This document shows, in pieces, positions 1 to 8,606 of a stretch of DNA of 64,000 nt. Under the pieces are notes generated by a model. It made no database searches. It worked only from the letters and a program-made list of their open reading frames with translations, and was not told the origin of the DNA. This stretch comes from Thermodesulfobacteriota bacterium. Its GTDB lineage: Bacteria > Desulfobacterota_D > UBA1144 > Nemesobacterales > Nemesobacteraceae. Position 1 is the first letter of the stretch. Each line of letters begins with the position of its first letter. The stretch spans positions 1,088,001 to 1,152,000 of the forward strand of contig OZ241855.1 of assembly GCA_965202785.1 (NCBI GenBank). The letters are read 5' to 3'. A program made the position numbers and the translations under genes.

Positions 1-440
1 TCGAGGCTGCAGTTTCTGCTGATGATGGACATCATGTTCATTTTTTCAGTGTTTCTTATCTGTATTACGAGTCCGCTCATTTTCCCGTCGTTTCCGTGTA
101 TGGGAGATGCCGTGCATTCCACGTTGATCGACGAGTCCTTTGATATGCGGAAAAGCAGGTCGTTTTCCTGCACAACCCTTTCCTCGTCCACCGCCCTTGA
201 GCAGAGGTTGGTTATTTCTTCAGGCAAAAACCTGGAAATATGCTCTCCGACGGTTTTTCGCCTTGAGATATTGAGTATGGTCTCAGAAGGCTCGTTAACG
301 GAGATTATATTGAGATCCCCGTCGGCTATTATCACTCCCTCGGGAAGGGAATCCAGAAGATTCCTGTAGAACATTAGATGTTTCTGCAGTTCTATATCCG
401 TAACTATCTTTCTCGCGGTTGCGGTCGCCTGTTCTCTCAT
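1..440 (-). CDS. PAS-domain protein, probable NtrB-like sensor histidine kinase (5' part; runs off the window)
   Basis: Manual translation MREQATATARKIVTDIELQKHLMFYRNLLDSLPEGVIIADGDLNIISVNEPSETILNISRRKTVGEHISRFL... is a typical PAS N-terminus. Its ATG overlaps the hom stop (ATGA). Confidence 0.7.
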   Translation of the reverse strand, partial: MREQATATARKIVTDIELQKHLMFYRNLLDSLPEGVIIADGDLNIISVNEPSETILNISRRKTVGEHISRFLPEEITNLCSRAVDEERVVQENDLLFRISKDSSINVECTASPIHGNDGKMSGLVIQIRNTEKMNMMSIISRNCSL

Positions 441-1738
441 ATCTCCTCTATCCTTATAAAGATCGCGTCGGCAACGGATGTCATGGATTTTTCTATCCTC
501 CCAAGCGCTTTTCTGAGGCTTTTCTCCACCGACTCGTGGGTCATTATTATGATGGGAACCTCCCCGCCGTTTGTTTCCCTTGTCTGCTGAATTATGGACT
601 CTATGCTTATTCCGCACTTCCCGAGAATCGTGGTTATTTTCCCGAGCGTGCCCGGCTTGTCCTCGACCTGAAATCTGAGGTAGTAGCGTCCCGAAAGACT
701 ATCGGTGCCGACAAGAGACCTGTGCCCGGCGTCTTCCGCGTAAAGCATGGGAGGAGCAGGCTGCGAACCATTTTGGGCAGTTTTCGCGATTGAAACCAGA
801 TCGCCCACAACGGCGCTTGCTGTCGGGAGCATCCCGGCCCCCATTCCATATAGCATCGTCGGACCTACTTTGTCTCCCACGATATGGATTGCGTTAAAAG
901 CGTCTTTCACATCGGCAAGCTGAGTATTTTTTCTTATAAGGGCCGGATAAACCCCGGCCTGTATGCCCGAGTCGGTTAACTTGGCGATGGCGAGCAGTTT
1001 GATCTTGTAGCCGAGTTGCTCGGCGAAGCTTATATCGGTCGAGGAGATGTTTCTTATCCCTTCGACGTATATGTTCTCGAATTTCGGAAAGAATCCGTAG
1101 GCAAGCATTATCAGGATCGACAGCTTGTGCGCGGCGTCAATGCCGTCTATGTCAAACGAGGGGTCAGCTTCTGCGTATCCCTCTTTCTGGGCGCGCTGCA
1201 GCATTTCGTCAAACCCTTTTTTCTGCTCCGACATGTTGTGGAGTATGTAGTTGCACGTCCCGTTCATTATTCCGTGTATGGACAGAATGTTGTTCGCGAC
1301 ATAGCTTTCGTGCGTCGCCTTGATTATGGGTATTCCCCCTCCGACGCTTGCTTCAAACGCCACGTGAACTCCGTTTGCGGCCGCTTCCCTGAAAATTTCG
1401 CCGCCGTGGTGGGCCAGAAGGGCCTTGTTCGCGGTTACGACGTTTTTTCCGCTCCGTATCGCGGCCAAGACCAGTTCTCGCGCTGCCGTGGTTCCGCCGA
1501 TAAGCTCGATTATTATCGAGATGCTCTCGTCGTCTATGAGCTCGCGAGCGTCGACGGTGAAAAGTTTTTTCGGGATTCTTACCGGGCGTTTTCTCTTTAT
1601 ATCGATATCGGCTACTTTCTTAATCCCGAGCCTTATCCCGGTCCTTTTTTCTATTATGTCTGTGTTTTCGCTTATCGTTTTATAAACTCCGCAACCTATG
1701 GTTCCGGCGCCTATAAGACCTATGTCTACGGAATTCAT
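437..1738 (-). CDS. hom: Homoserine dehydrogenase with C-terminal ACT domain
   Basis: GAGTIG, VVTANKA, EASVGGGIP, NGTCNYIL, GYAEADPSFDIDG, ACT motif DKPGTLGKI. Confidence 0.97.
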   Translation of the reverse strand: MNSVDIGLIGAGTIGCGVYKTISENTDIIEKRTGIRLGIKKVADIDIKRKRPVRIPKKLFTVDARELIDDESISIIIELIGGTTAARELVLAAIRSGKNVVTANKALLAHHGGEIFREAAANGVHVAFEASVGGGIPIIKATHESYVANNILSIHGIMNGTCNYILHNMSEQKKGFDEMLQRAQKEGYAEADPSFDIDGIDAAHKLSILIMLAYGFFPKFENIYVEGIRNISSTDISFAEQLGYKIKLLAIAKLTDSGIQAGVYPALIRKNTQLADVKDAFNAIHIVGDKVGPTMLYGMGAGMLPTASAVVGDLVSIAKTAQNGSQPAPPMLYAEDAGHRSLVGTDSLSGRYYLRFQVEDKPGTLGKITTILGKCGISIESIIQQTRETNGGEVPIIIMTHESVEKSLRKALGRIEKSMTSVADAIFIRIEEI

Positions 1739-1867
1739 CCGGCAATCTCCTTTTCCCTAACGCGTAAAAATAATGCGTAAAAATAAGATTATACATAATT
1801 CGCTCTACTAATGGCAGAAGGGCCGCTTTCATATAACGCACTCTCCGCGGACCGGAAACTCTTCGGA

Positions 1868-1930
1868 TTGATTTTCTCTCATAATAAATTATAGTACAGA
1901 CTGGTTCTTTTTAACCGACTGGTCGTATCT
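1868..1930 (+). promoter_or_regulatory. Putative sigma70 promoter and CGACTGGTCG-type operator-like boxes upstream of adhesin 1
   Basis: TTGATT-16nt-TATAGT, followed by GTACAGACTGGTT and AACCGACTGGTCGTA; similar motifs occur upstream of adhesin 2. Confidence 0.45.
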
Positions 1931-1961
1931 TTATCGGCGTCACCGCGAAGGAGGAAGGTGG

Positions 1962-2039
1962 GTGAAGTCCTTAAGCGAAGTTAACGGAATTTGCGGGCGT
2001 TGTGCCCCGTGCCCCGAAAAATCGGGGGGGGGGGTATGA
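1962..2039 (+). CDS. 25-aa leader ORF through a G11 tract, with its stop overlapping the adhesin ATG
   Basis: AAGGAGG SD then GTG; VKSLSEVNGICGRCAPCPEKSGGGV*; TGA at 2037-2039 overlaps ATG at 2036. Confidence 0.6.
   Translation: MKSLSEVNGICGRCAPCPEKSGGGV
2024..2034 (+). repeat. G11 homopolymer (candidate phase-variation tract)
   Basis: atcGGGGGGGGGGGtATG. Confidence 0.9.
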
Positions 2040-5000
2040 GAACCCGCGGACCGTTTCCGCCGTTTTCTTCCCCGGCCGCATCCTTCGGGGACCGCGGGCG
2101 GCCTGACTCTTCCTACCGGCCCGGGCGGCCGGGTCTTTCGAAATTCTTATCTTTCCCCCCACAGCATTTCGCGGCGGCGCTTCTCGTTCTGCTCGCCCTT
2201 TTTGTGGGCGCGCAGCCTGAAACTGCGCGCGCCCAGTCAAGCGTGCTGGTGAGCAACATCGCTCAGACGGGAGAAGTCGGTATACGTAACGTGGGGAGCG
2301 GCGGAGGCCTTGCCCAGGCTTTCACGACCGGCGACAACGCCGCGGGATACGCCCTGGAAAGCATCCAGGCTGGGGTAATGGCGGCAGAGCACGTAGCCCA
2401 GCTTACAGTAAGCCTCTACTCCGAGAGCTCGGACGTGCCGGGGTCCTCCCTCCAGACCCTGACGAATCCGACCCCGTCTTCGACCGGGGAGCAGACGCTT
2501 GAATTCACGTCGCCCGGGGGAAGGATGCTTGCGGCCAACACGACATATTTCGTGGTCTTCGAATGCGGACACCAAACCTCCTTCTGCGCCAAGATGCGGC
2601 GAACCAGCTCTGACGCGGAAGACGCGGGCGCGGCGTCGGGATGGAGCATAGGCGACGGAGGTCATTCATACAGCGGCACTCGATGGAACTTGTTTACCCA
2701 CGCGATCAGGATCGGGGTGAAGGGCAGCGCTAAGACTGCGGCGGCCAACACCGCGGCCATGGGAACGCCGACGATTTCGGGGACGACGCAGGTGGGAAAA
2801 ACGCTTACGGCGGTTACAACCGGGATTTCAGACACCGACGGGCTGGACACTGTCGCCTGGATGTACCAGTGGATGCGCGTGGACTCGGACGGCACGTCGA
2901 ACCCCGTGAACGTCGGGACTGACTCCGAGACCTATGAGATCCAGTCTGCCGACCTGGGCAAGAGGCTCAAGGTGCGGGTGAGTTTCAGCGACGATGTCGG
3001 CAACCAGGAGACGCTGACCAGCGCCGCGACCGGCACGGTGACGGCACCCGTCCCTGAAATCACCATCGCGCGGCAGGCGGCGTCGGTGACCGAGGGAACC
3101 GCGGCGCGATTCACGGTGAGCGCGTCTCCGGCGCCCGTGGTCAACCTGGACGTGAGCCTTGGCGTCGCCGACGCGGCCGGCCTCGGGGACTTCGTCGCGT
3201 CGGGAGACGAGGGCTCGAAGATGGTTACGATCAGCGCCGGAGCCGCGAGCGCGACCTACAGCGTCCCCACGGTCGGCGACGCCGTGGACGAACCCAACGG
3301 CAGCGTGACGGTCTCTTTAGGTACGGGTACGGGGTACACGCTGGGTACGGCCGCCAGCGCTTCGGTGACTGTGAACGACAACGACGCGGAACCGTCCGTG
3401 AGCGTAACGCGGCCGTCGGTGACTGAGGGGAACATGGGCACGGTGACGCTTGACTTCGTGGTGAGTCTGAGCGGGCTGAGCGCCTATCCCTACCGCTGCA
3501 ACACTCTGGATGAGGACAGCCGGACCACGGCGACGCCCAGCACGGACACCGTGACCGGGGACTACGAGCCGAAGGATGACAATACCCTGTCCTTTCTTAC
3601 ATCCCAGACGCTTACCTTTTCGGTGACGGTGAACGGAGACACCGTGAGCGAGAGGAACGAGAAGGTACTGGTTCGGTGCCGGCGGGGCACCCTGGCCGGC
3701 GTCACGATCTCGGGCACGATCACGGACGACGAACCGATAACGGCGAGCATAACGGCGGGCACTTCCCCGGTAACCGAGGGGACGGCGGCGGAGTTCACGA
3801 TAAAGCTTTCGAAGGGACCGCCTGGCGCGGTCATGGTGAAGTACACGGTAGCGGAGGCTTCAGGCAGCGATTTCGTGGCGACGGTGAATGAAGGGGAAAA
3901 GATGGTTAGCTTCACCGCCGCACCGGGGGACACCAGTCCCCAGAAGACGGTCAACGTCCCCACGGTGAACGACAGGCAGGTAGAGGATCCCGCCGCGGTA
4001 ACGGCGACTCTGGCCGCGGGCACGGGCTACACAGTCGCTTCGGCTCCGAACAACGCCGCTTCCGTAACTGTAAACAGCGAAGACACCAACGCCTCGCCCG
4101 TGATCGGCGGTTCGAGTGCGTTTAGCGTGGATGAGAACGATACCTCCGTGACTAGGATCACCGCCACGGACGCGGATTCGGACGACACGGCAAGGGCGTA
4201 CTCCGTCAGCGGCGGGGCGGACGCGTCGAAGTTCGAGATTTCAAGCTCCGGGGCGCTCGCGTTCAAAACGGCGCCCGACTGGGAGAATCCGACCGACGTT
4301 GCGAGTATGAGTCCCCAGGACGGCGCGGGCAACAACGTGTACGTGGTGACGGTAAGGGTGACGAGCGGGACGGGAGGGCGCTCTCTCTCGACCGACAAGA
4401 CGCTCAAGGTAACGGTGGATGACGTGGATGAGCCGCCGGGGGCGCCGTCGCCGATGATCACGACTTCGACACCGAGAACTCTCGCCGTGGAGTGGACGGC
4501 GCCGACTAACACGGGGCCGGCGATAACGGATTACGGCGTGCGGTACAGGAAAGGGTCAAGCGGCAGTTTCACCGACCATTCCCACAGCGGGACGGGCCTT
4601 ACAACGACTATCACGGGTCTTGATCCGAACTCGAGCTACCAGGTGCAGGTGCGGGCGACCAACGCGGAGGGCAGCAGCGCTTGGGCCTCTGGCCAGGTAA
4701 CGGGCATGACGGCCATGGACCGCCCTCCTGTCCTGACGGTGACGGATACGACACCCTCGGTGGCGGAAAACGAGACTGCCGTGCCGACTACGCTTTCCGC
4801 GGCCGACCCGGACATGGGGGACGGGATAACGGGCTGGAGCCTCGGCGGGGCGGACGCGTCGAAGTTCAGTATCTCAGACTCCGGGGCTCTCACGTTCAGC
4901 CCGGCGCCCGACTACGACAGGCCCGCGGACGTTTCGAGCACGAACCCGCAAAACAATGCGGCCAACAACGAGTACATAGTCACTGTTATCGTGAAAAGCG

Positions 5001-8000
5001 GCGTTACGGGGCGGGAACTCTCCGACAGCGAGACTCTCACGGTGACGGTGACGAACGTGCCCGAGGCGCCGGGAACGCCTTCGCCGACGGTCACGGCCTC
5101 CACCCCCACCACCCTTGATATTGCGTGGGCCAAACCCGCCAACAATGGACCGGAGATCGATGATTACGACGTGAGGTACAAGCTCGCCTCGGCCGACGAC
5201 AGCGCCTTCGTGAACCTTGCGAGCCACGCGGGGACGACCAAGGTGACCACGAGGACGGCGACGATTACGGGTCTTACCCCGAGCATGGAGTACGTGGTGG
5301 AAGTGCGGGCGAGGAACCCGGAGGGGGACGGCGCGTGGGGCTCCGTTACGCGCGCGACGCTTGAGGACAACGCTCCGACCTTCGCCGCCGGAACCCCCAC
5401 GGCATTTACCGTGAATGAGAACGATACCGAGGTGCATGAGTTTGAGGCAAGCGACGGCGACCCCGGGGACATGGTGCTCAGCTACGGGGTCAGCGGGCCT
5501 GACGGGGAGAAGTTCGATATCACTGACCAGGGGGCGCTTACGTTCAAAACGGCGCCCGACTACGAAAATCCGACTGACGATGGGAGGAACAGGGTGTACA
5601 ACGTCACGGTTACGGTGAACAGCGGCGTTACGGGCCGGACGCTCGCCGCGAACCGGCCGATCACCGTCAGGGTGAGGGACGTGGCCGAGGCGCCGGGCGT
5701 TCCGTCGCCGACGGTCACGCAGCGCAGACCCAAGACTCTCACGGTTGCGTGGGATGAGCCCGCGAACACGGGTCCCCCGATAAATGATTACGACGTGCGG
5801 TACAGGAAAGGGAGCGGCGGCGGCTACACCACCCTGACCCACAACGGGACGGCGAGGGAGGCTCTGATCACGGGGCTTGAGAAGGGGACGAGCTACGAGG
5901 TGGAGGTGCGGGCCAGGAGCCTCGAGGGCAGCAGCGACTGGGGTTCCGTGACAGTCGACACGGATGGCTTTGAGATAACGGTGACGGCCGGAGTGGAATC
6001 CCTGGAAGTAAGCTGGCCCGGGGTTACGGGCGGCAATTTCCAGAGGGTAAGGTGGAAGGTGCAAGGCGCGTCAGACCAGACAAGGACTACTGAGATTTTT
6101 TATGACACCACCACCCGTTCCTACACAATCCCCTCCCTGAGTCCTGGCACTGCGTACGAAGTGGAAGTGTCGATCCGCAGAACACCGCCCCTTGTCGTTC
6201 TCGGCGAGGATGTGGCGACGGGGACGCCTCTCTCGCCCCCCGTAGCGGAAAACAACCTGGCCATGGGAACGCCGACGATCACGGGGACCGCGCGGGCCGG
6301 GGAGACGCTTACGGCGGATACCTCAGGGATCATGGACACAGACGGACTTACGCTCGTAAGCTACACGTACCAGTGGCTTCGCGGGGATCCCGGGACATCG
6401 AATCATGCGAACATCTCGGGCGCCTCGGGCTTTCAATACCTGGTAGGGGCCAACGACGTGGGCAAGACGCTCCGTGTTCGCGTAAACTTCACGGACGATC
6501 TCGGAAATCCCGAGACGCTTACAAGCGGTCCGACCGCGACTGTGACTCTCGCGCCCGGGGTGACGGTAGACCCGCCCTCCCTGAACGTGGATGAGGACGG
6601 CGGCATGGGGACTTTCACCGTGGTTCTCAACACGAACCCCGGCGCAAGCGTAACGGTATCCCTCTCTTCCTCCGCCCCGGCGGCGGCACGGGTATCTCAC
6701 TCCCAGCTTATCTTCACCTCCTCTAACTGGAGCAGTCCTCGGACGGTTACCGTGACCGGCGTTGACGACAGCGTCGACAATCCCGGCAACCGGCGCGTAG
6801 CGAAGATTCGGATGACTTACAGCTCGTCAAGCAGTGATTATAGCCAGTCCGCGGTGCAGGACAGGGTGACGGTGAACGTGATTGACGACGAAACCGGCGG
6901 TGGGGGCGGCGGCTCGTCTCCCAACCGCCCGCCGGTCTTCCCGTCAGGTGCCACGGCGCAGACGGCGTATGTGGATCAGGAGTTCATCTACACCGCCCCG
7001 GAGGCGACCGACCCCGATGAGGACCCGATAGACTATGCGGCGGCGCTTCGGGACGGGAGCGCTCTGCCCGGGTGGCTTTCCTTCGACGAAGCGACGCGGA
7101 CATTCTCCGGCACGCCGGAGGCGGGAGACGCTCCCGCCCTTTTTGACATCGAGGTGACGGCCTCTGACGACGGTAGTCCCGCGCTCAGCGCGGCCACCGC
7201 CTTCACCCTTACGGTGGAAGAGTGCAGGGTTTCCGACGTGAGCGGAGAAGACGAGAGCAGCTTGGTGGAATTTGTGGAATGCGCCGCGCGGAGAATCGCG
7301 GCCTCTGACGCTCTGGGGGGGACCCTTGCCCTGCTTGAGCGGTTTCGGGACCCGGAAGGAAACTGGAATGACGGAAGAACCTATCTCGTGTTGCTCACCG
7401 AAGAAGGCGGGGTGTACTTCCACGCGGCCCGGAGGGAGTCTGAAGACCGGGACTGGTCTGCTCTTCCGTGTGCGGAGGGAGGGGGCGTGACTGATATTGA
7501 GGTCGGGGAGGGATGCCCGGTCGGCGGCGGAGGCTACGCTCACCGGTTTTCGGCTTCCCATGTTCCGCTGGCCAACGGAGAGAAGGAGTTTCTGCTGCTG
7601 GGCGGCTTCGGCGGATCTTCTGGAAGGGAAACTCTCTCGGGAGACATAGCAGACCCGTCAACGGAAGCCGGGGATGTGGCGAGCGACGGAGAACTGATGG
7701 AGTTTGTCGAGGACGCTAAAGAGTCTTTAGAGATGGCGATTGGAGATGATGCGGACCCCTCAGGGATTCGGGCGACGCTTCGGGACGGGGAAGGACCGTG
7801 GAAGGCCGGGGAGGTCTACGTCTACATCATGGATGAGGAGACTGGGAGAGTGATATTCGACGGAGGAGACAGGGAGAAGGAACAGACGGAGGCCCTCTAC
7901 AGGCTTGCCGCGCTCGGCAGGGTCGCTCAGTACAGAGAGGGTTCTTCGCTCCTTAGGGGTTACGCCGTCAGGGTGAACGCGGGCGAGGATGAAGCAAGCC

Positions 8001-8236
8001 GCGAGTACGTGGTGGGTTCGGGCTACCTGGGTCCGGGCGGAGGGGGAGAGATGCCGCCGGAAGAAAGACCGCCGGGAGAAGTCGAGGGAGAAGTCGGGGG
8101 AGATGAAAGCGCCGGAGGCGGCTGCGCCGTTGGAGCAGACTCTGGCGGAAGGGTTTTCCCGCTGCTGCTCCTTGGACTCGCGCTTTTTTTCTTGCTGCCC
8201 CTTGGAAGATTCCCGGCGGAAGACGGGGCAGGCTGA
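2036..8236 (+). CDS. Giant surface protein/adhesin: choice-of-anchor-R-like, Calx-beta, 3x(cadherin+FnIII), He_PIG/Ig, tandem Cache-like domains, GGC-CTERM anchor
   Basis: Extended signal peptide ending ARA-Q; LVSNIAQ..AQAFTTG..GYALESI; cadherin (APDYENPTD, VYNVTVTV); FnIII (W..P.NTGP.I.DYDVRY, YEVEVRA); LPGWLSFD...RTFSGTP; C-terminal GGCAVG plus TM helix. ATG 2036 preferred over TTG 1991. Confidence 0.9.
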   Translation: MRTRGPFPPFSSPAASFGDRGRPDSSYRPGRPGLSKFLSFPPQHFAAALLVLLALFVGAQPETARAQSSVLVSNIAQTGEVGIRNVGSGGGLAQAFTTGDNAAGYALESIQAGVMAAEHVAQLTVSLYSESSDVPGSSLQTLTNPTPSSTGEQTLEFTSPGGRMLAANTTYFVVFECGHQTSFCAKMRRTSSDAEDAGAASGWSIGDGGHSYSGTRWNLFTHAIRIGVKGSAKTAAANTAAMGTPTISGTTQVGKTLTAVTTGISDTDGLDTVAWMYQWMRVDSDGTSNPVNVGTDSETYEIQSADLGKRLKVRVSFSDDVGNQETLTSAATGTVTAPVPEITIARQAASVTEGTAARFTVSASPAPVVNLDVSLGVADAAGLGDFVASGDEGSKMVTISAGAASATYSVPTVGDAVDEPNGSVTVSLGTGTGYTLGTAASASVTVNDNDAEPSVSVTRPSVTEGNMGTVTLDFVVSLSGLSAYPYRCNTLDEDSRTTATPSTDTVTGDYEPKDDNTLSFLTSQTLTFSVTVNGDTVSERNEKVLVRCRRGTLAGVTISGTITDDEPITASITAGTSPVTEGTAAEFTIKLSKGPPGAVMVKYTVAEASGSDFVATVNEGEKMVSFTAAPGDTSPQKTVNVPTVNDRQVEDPAAVTATLAAGTGYTVASAPNNAASVTVNSEDTNASPVIGGSSAFSVDENDTSVTRITATDADSDDTARAYSVSGGADASKFEISSSGALAFKTAPDWENPTDVASMSPQDGAGNNVYVVTVRVTSGTGGRSLSTDKTLKVTVDDVDEPPGAPSPMITTSTPRTLAVEWTAPTNTGPAITDYGVRYRKGSSGSFTDHSHSGTGLTTTITGLDPNSSYQVQVRATNAEGSSAWASGQVTGMTAMDRPPVLTVTDTTPSVAENETAVPTTLSAADPDMGDGITGWSLGGADASKFSISDSGALTFSPAPDYDRPADVSSTNPQNNAANNEYIVTVIVKSGVTGRELSDSETLTVTVTNVPEAPGTPSPTVTASTPTTLDIAWAKPANNGPEIDDYDVRYKLASADDSAFVNLASHAGTTKVTTRTATITGLTPSMEYVVEVRARNPEGDGAWGSVTRATLEDNAPTFAAGTPTAFTVNENDTEVHEFEASDGDPGDMVLSYGVSGPDGEKFDITDQGALTFKTAPDYENPTDDGRNRVYNVTVTVNSGVTGRTLAANRPITVRVRDVAEAPGVPSPTVTQRRPKTLTVAWDEPANTGPPINDYDVRYRKGSGGGYTTLTHNGTAREALITGLEKGTSYEVEVRARSLEGSSDWGSVTVDTDGFEITVTAGVESLEVSWPGVTGGNFQRVRWKVQGASDQTRTTEIFYDTTTRSYTIPSLSPGTAYEVEVSIRRTPPLVVLGEDVATGTPLSPPVAENNLAMGTPTITGTARAGETLTADTSGIMDTDGLTLVSYTYQWLRGDPGTSNHANISGASGFQYLVGANDVGKTLRVRVNFTDDLGNPETLTSGPTATVTLAPGVTVDPPSLNVDEDGGMGTFTVVLNTNPGASVTVSLSSSAPAAARVSHSQLIFTSSNWSSPRTVTVTGVDDSVDNPGNRRVAKIRMTYSSSSSDYSQSAVQDRVTVNVIDDETGGGGGGSSPNRPPVFPSGATAQTAYVDQEFIYTAPEATDPDEDPIDYAAALRDGSALPGWLSFDEATRTFSGTPEAGDAPALFDIEVTASDDGSPALSAATAFTLTVEECRVSDVSGEDESSLVEFVECAARRIAASDALGGTLALLERFRDPEGNWNDGRTYLVLLTEEGGVYFHAARRESEDRDWSALPCAEGGGVTDIEVGEGCPVGGGGYAHRFSASHVPLANGEKEFLLLGGFGGSSGRETLSGDIADPSTEAGDVASDGELMEFVEDAKESLEMAIGDDADPSGIRATLRDGEGPWKAGEVYVYIMDEETGRVIFDGGDREKEQTEALYRLAALGRVAQYREGSSLLRGYAVRVNAGEDEASREYVVGSGYLGPGGGGEMPPEERPPGEVEGEVGGDESAGGGCAVGADSGGRVFPLLLLGLALFFLLPLGRFPAEDGAG

Positions 8237-8389
8237 GGCGGCGGACGGAACATACTGGAGAACCGGCCCTTGGAGCGGCACGTCTCCGTGTGCCTTTTCC
8301 ATGCCGCGCAAAAAATCCATGCGCCAGCCTGGCACTGAGGGTTTGACAGTCATGTTTCCTGAAATAGACTAATTACTCCTGTTTTTCGT

Positions 8390-8466
8390 GGGGCCGTAGC
8401 TCAGACTGGGAGAGCGCATGAATCGCACTCATGAGGTCGCGGGTTCAAATCCCGTCGGCTCCACCA
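8390..8466 (+). tRNA. tRNA-Ala(CGC)
   Basis: Cloverleaf GGGGCCG...CGGCTCC-A-CCA, G3:U70 pair, anticodon arm CATGA-ATCGCAC-TCATG. Confidence 0.95.
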
Positions 8467-8525
8467 CTCTTTCAGGGTTTGACATGCGCTCGCCTAGAAA
8501 CTAGATTTATAATCCTGTTTTATGC

Positions 8526-8601
8526 GGGGCCGTAGCTCAGCTGGGAGAGCGCATGAATGGCATTCATGAGGTCGCGGGTTCGACTCCCGTCGGCTCCACC
8601 A
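8526..8601 (+). tRNA. tRNA-Ala(GGC)
   Basis: Cloverleaf, G3:U70 pair, anticodon loop ATGGCAT, CCA end; own promoter TTGACA-17-TAGATT at 8479-8507. Confidence 0.97.
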
Positions 8602-8606
8602 CCCCC

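Noticed and set aside
1991-2035. TTG start extending adhesin 1 through the G tract
   Set aside because: There is no SD at that position, the paralog has no equivalent in-frame extension, and both genes align from the ATG after G11.
4874-6064. Long antisense ORFs within the adhesins (also 60323-62663) and within housekeeping genes
   Set aside because: These are shadow ORFs caused by GC-rich codon bias and show no recognisable motifs.
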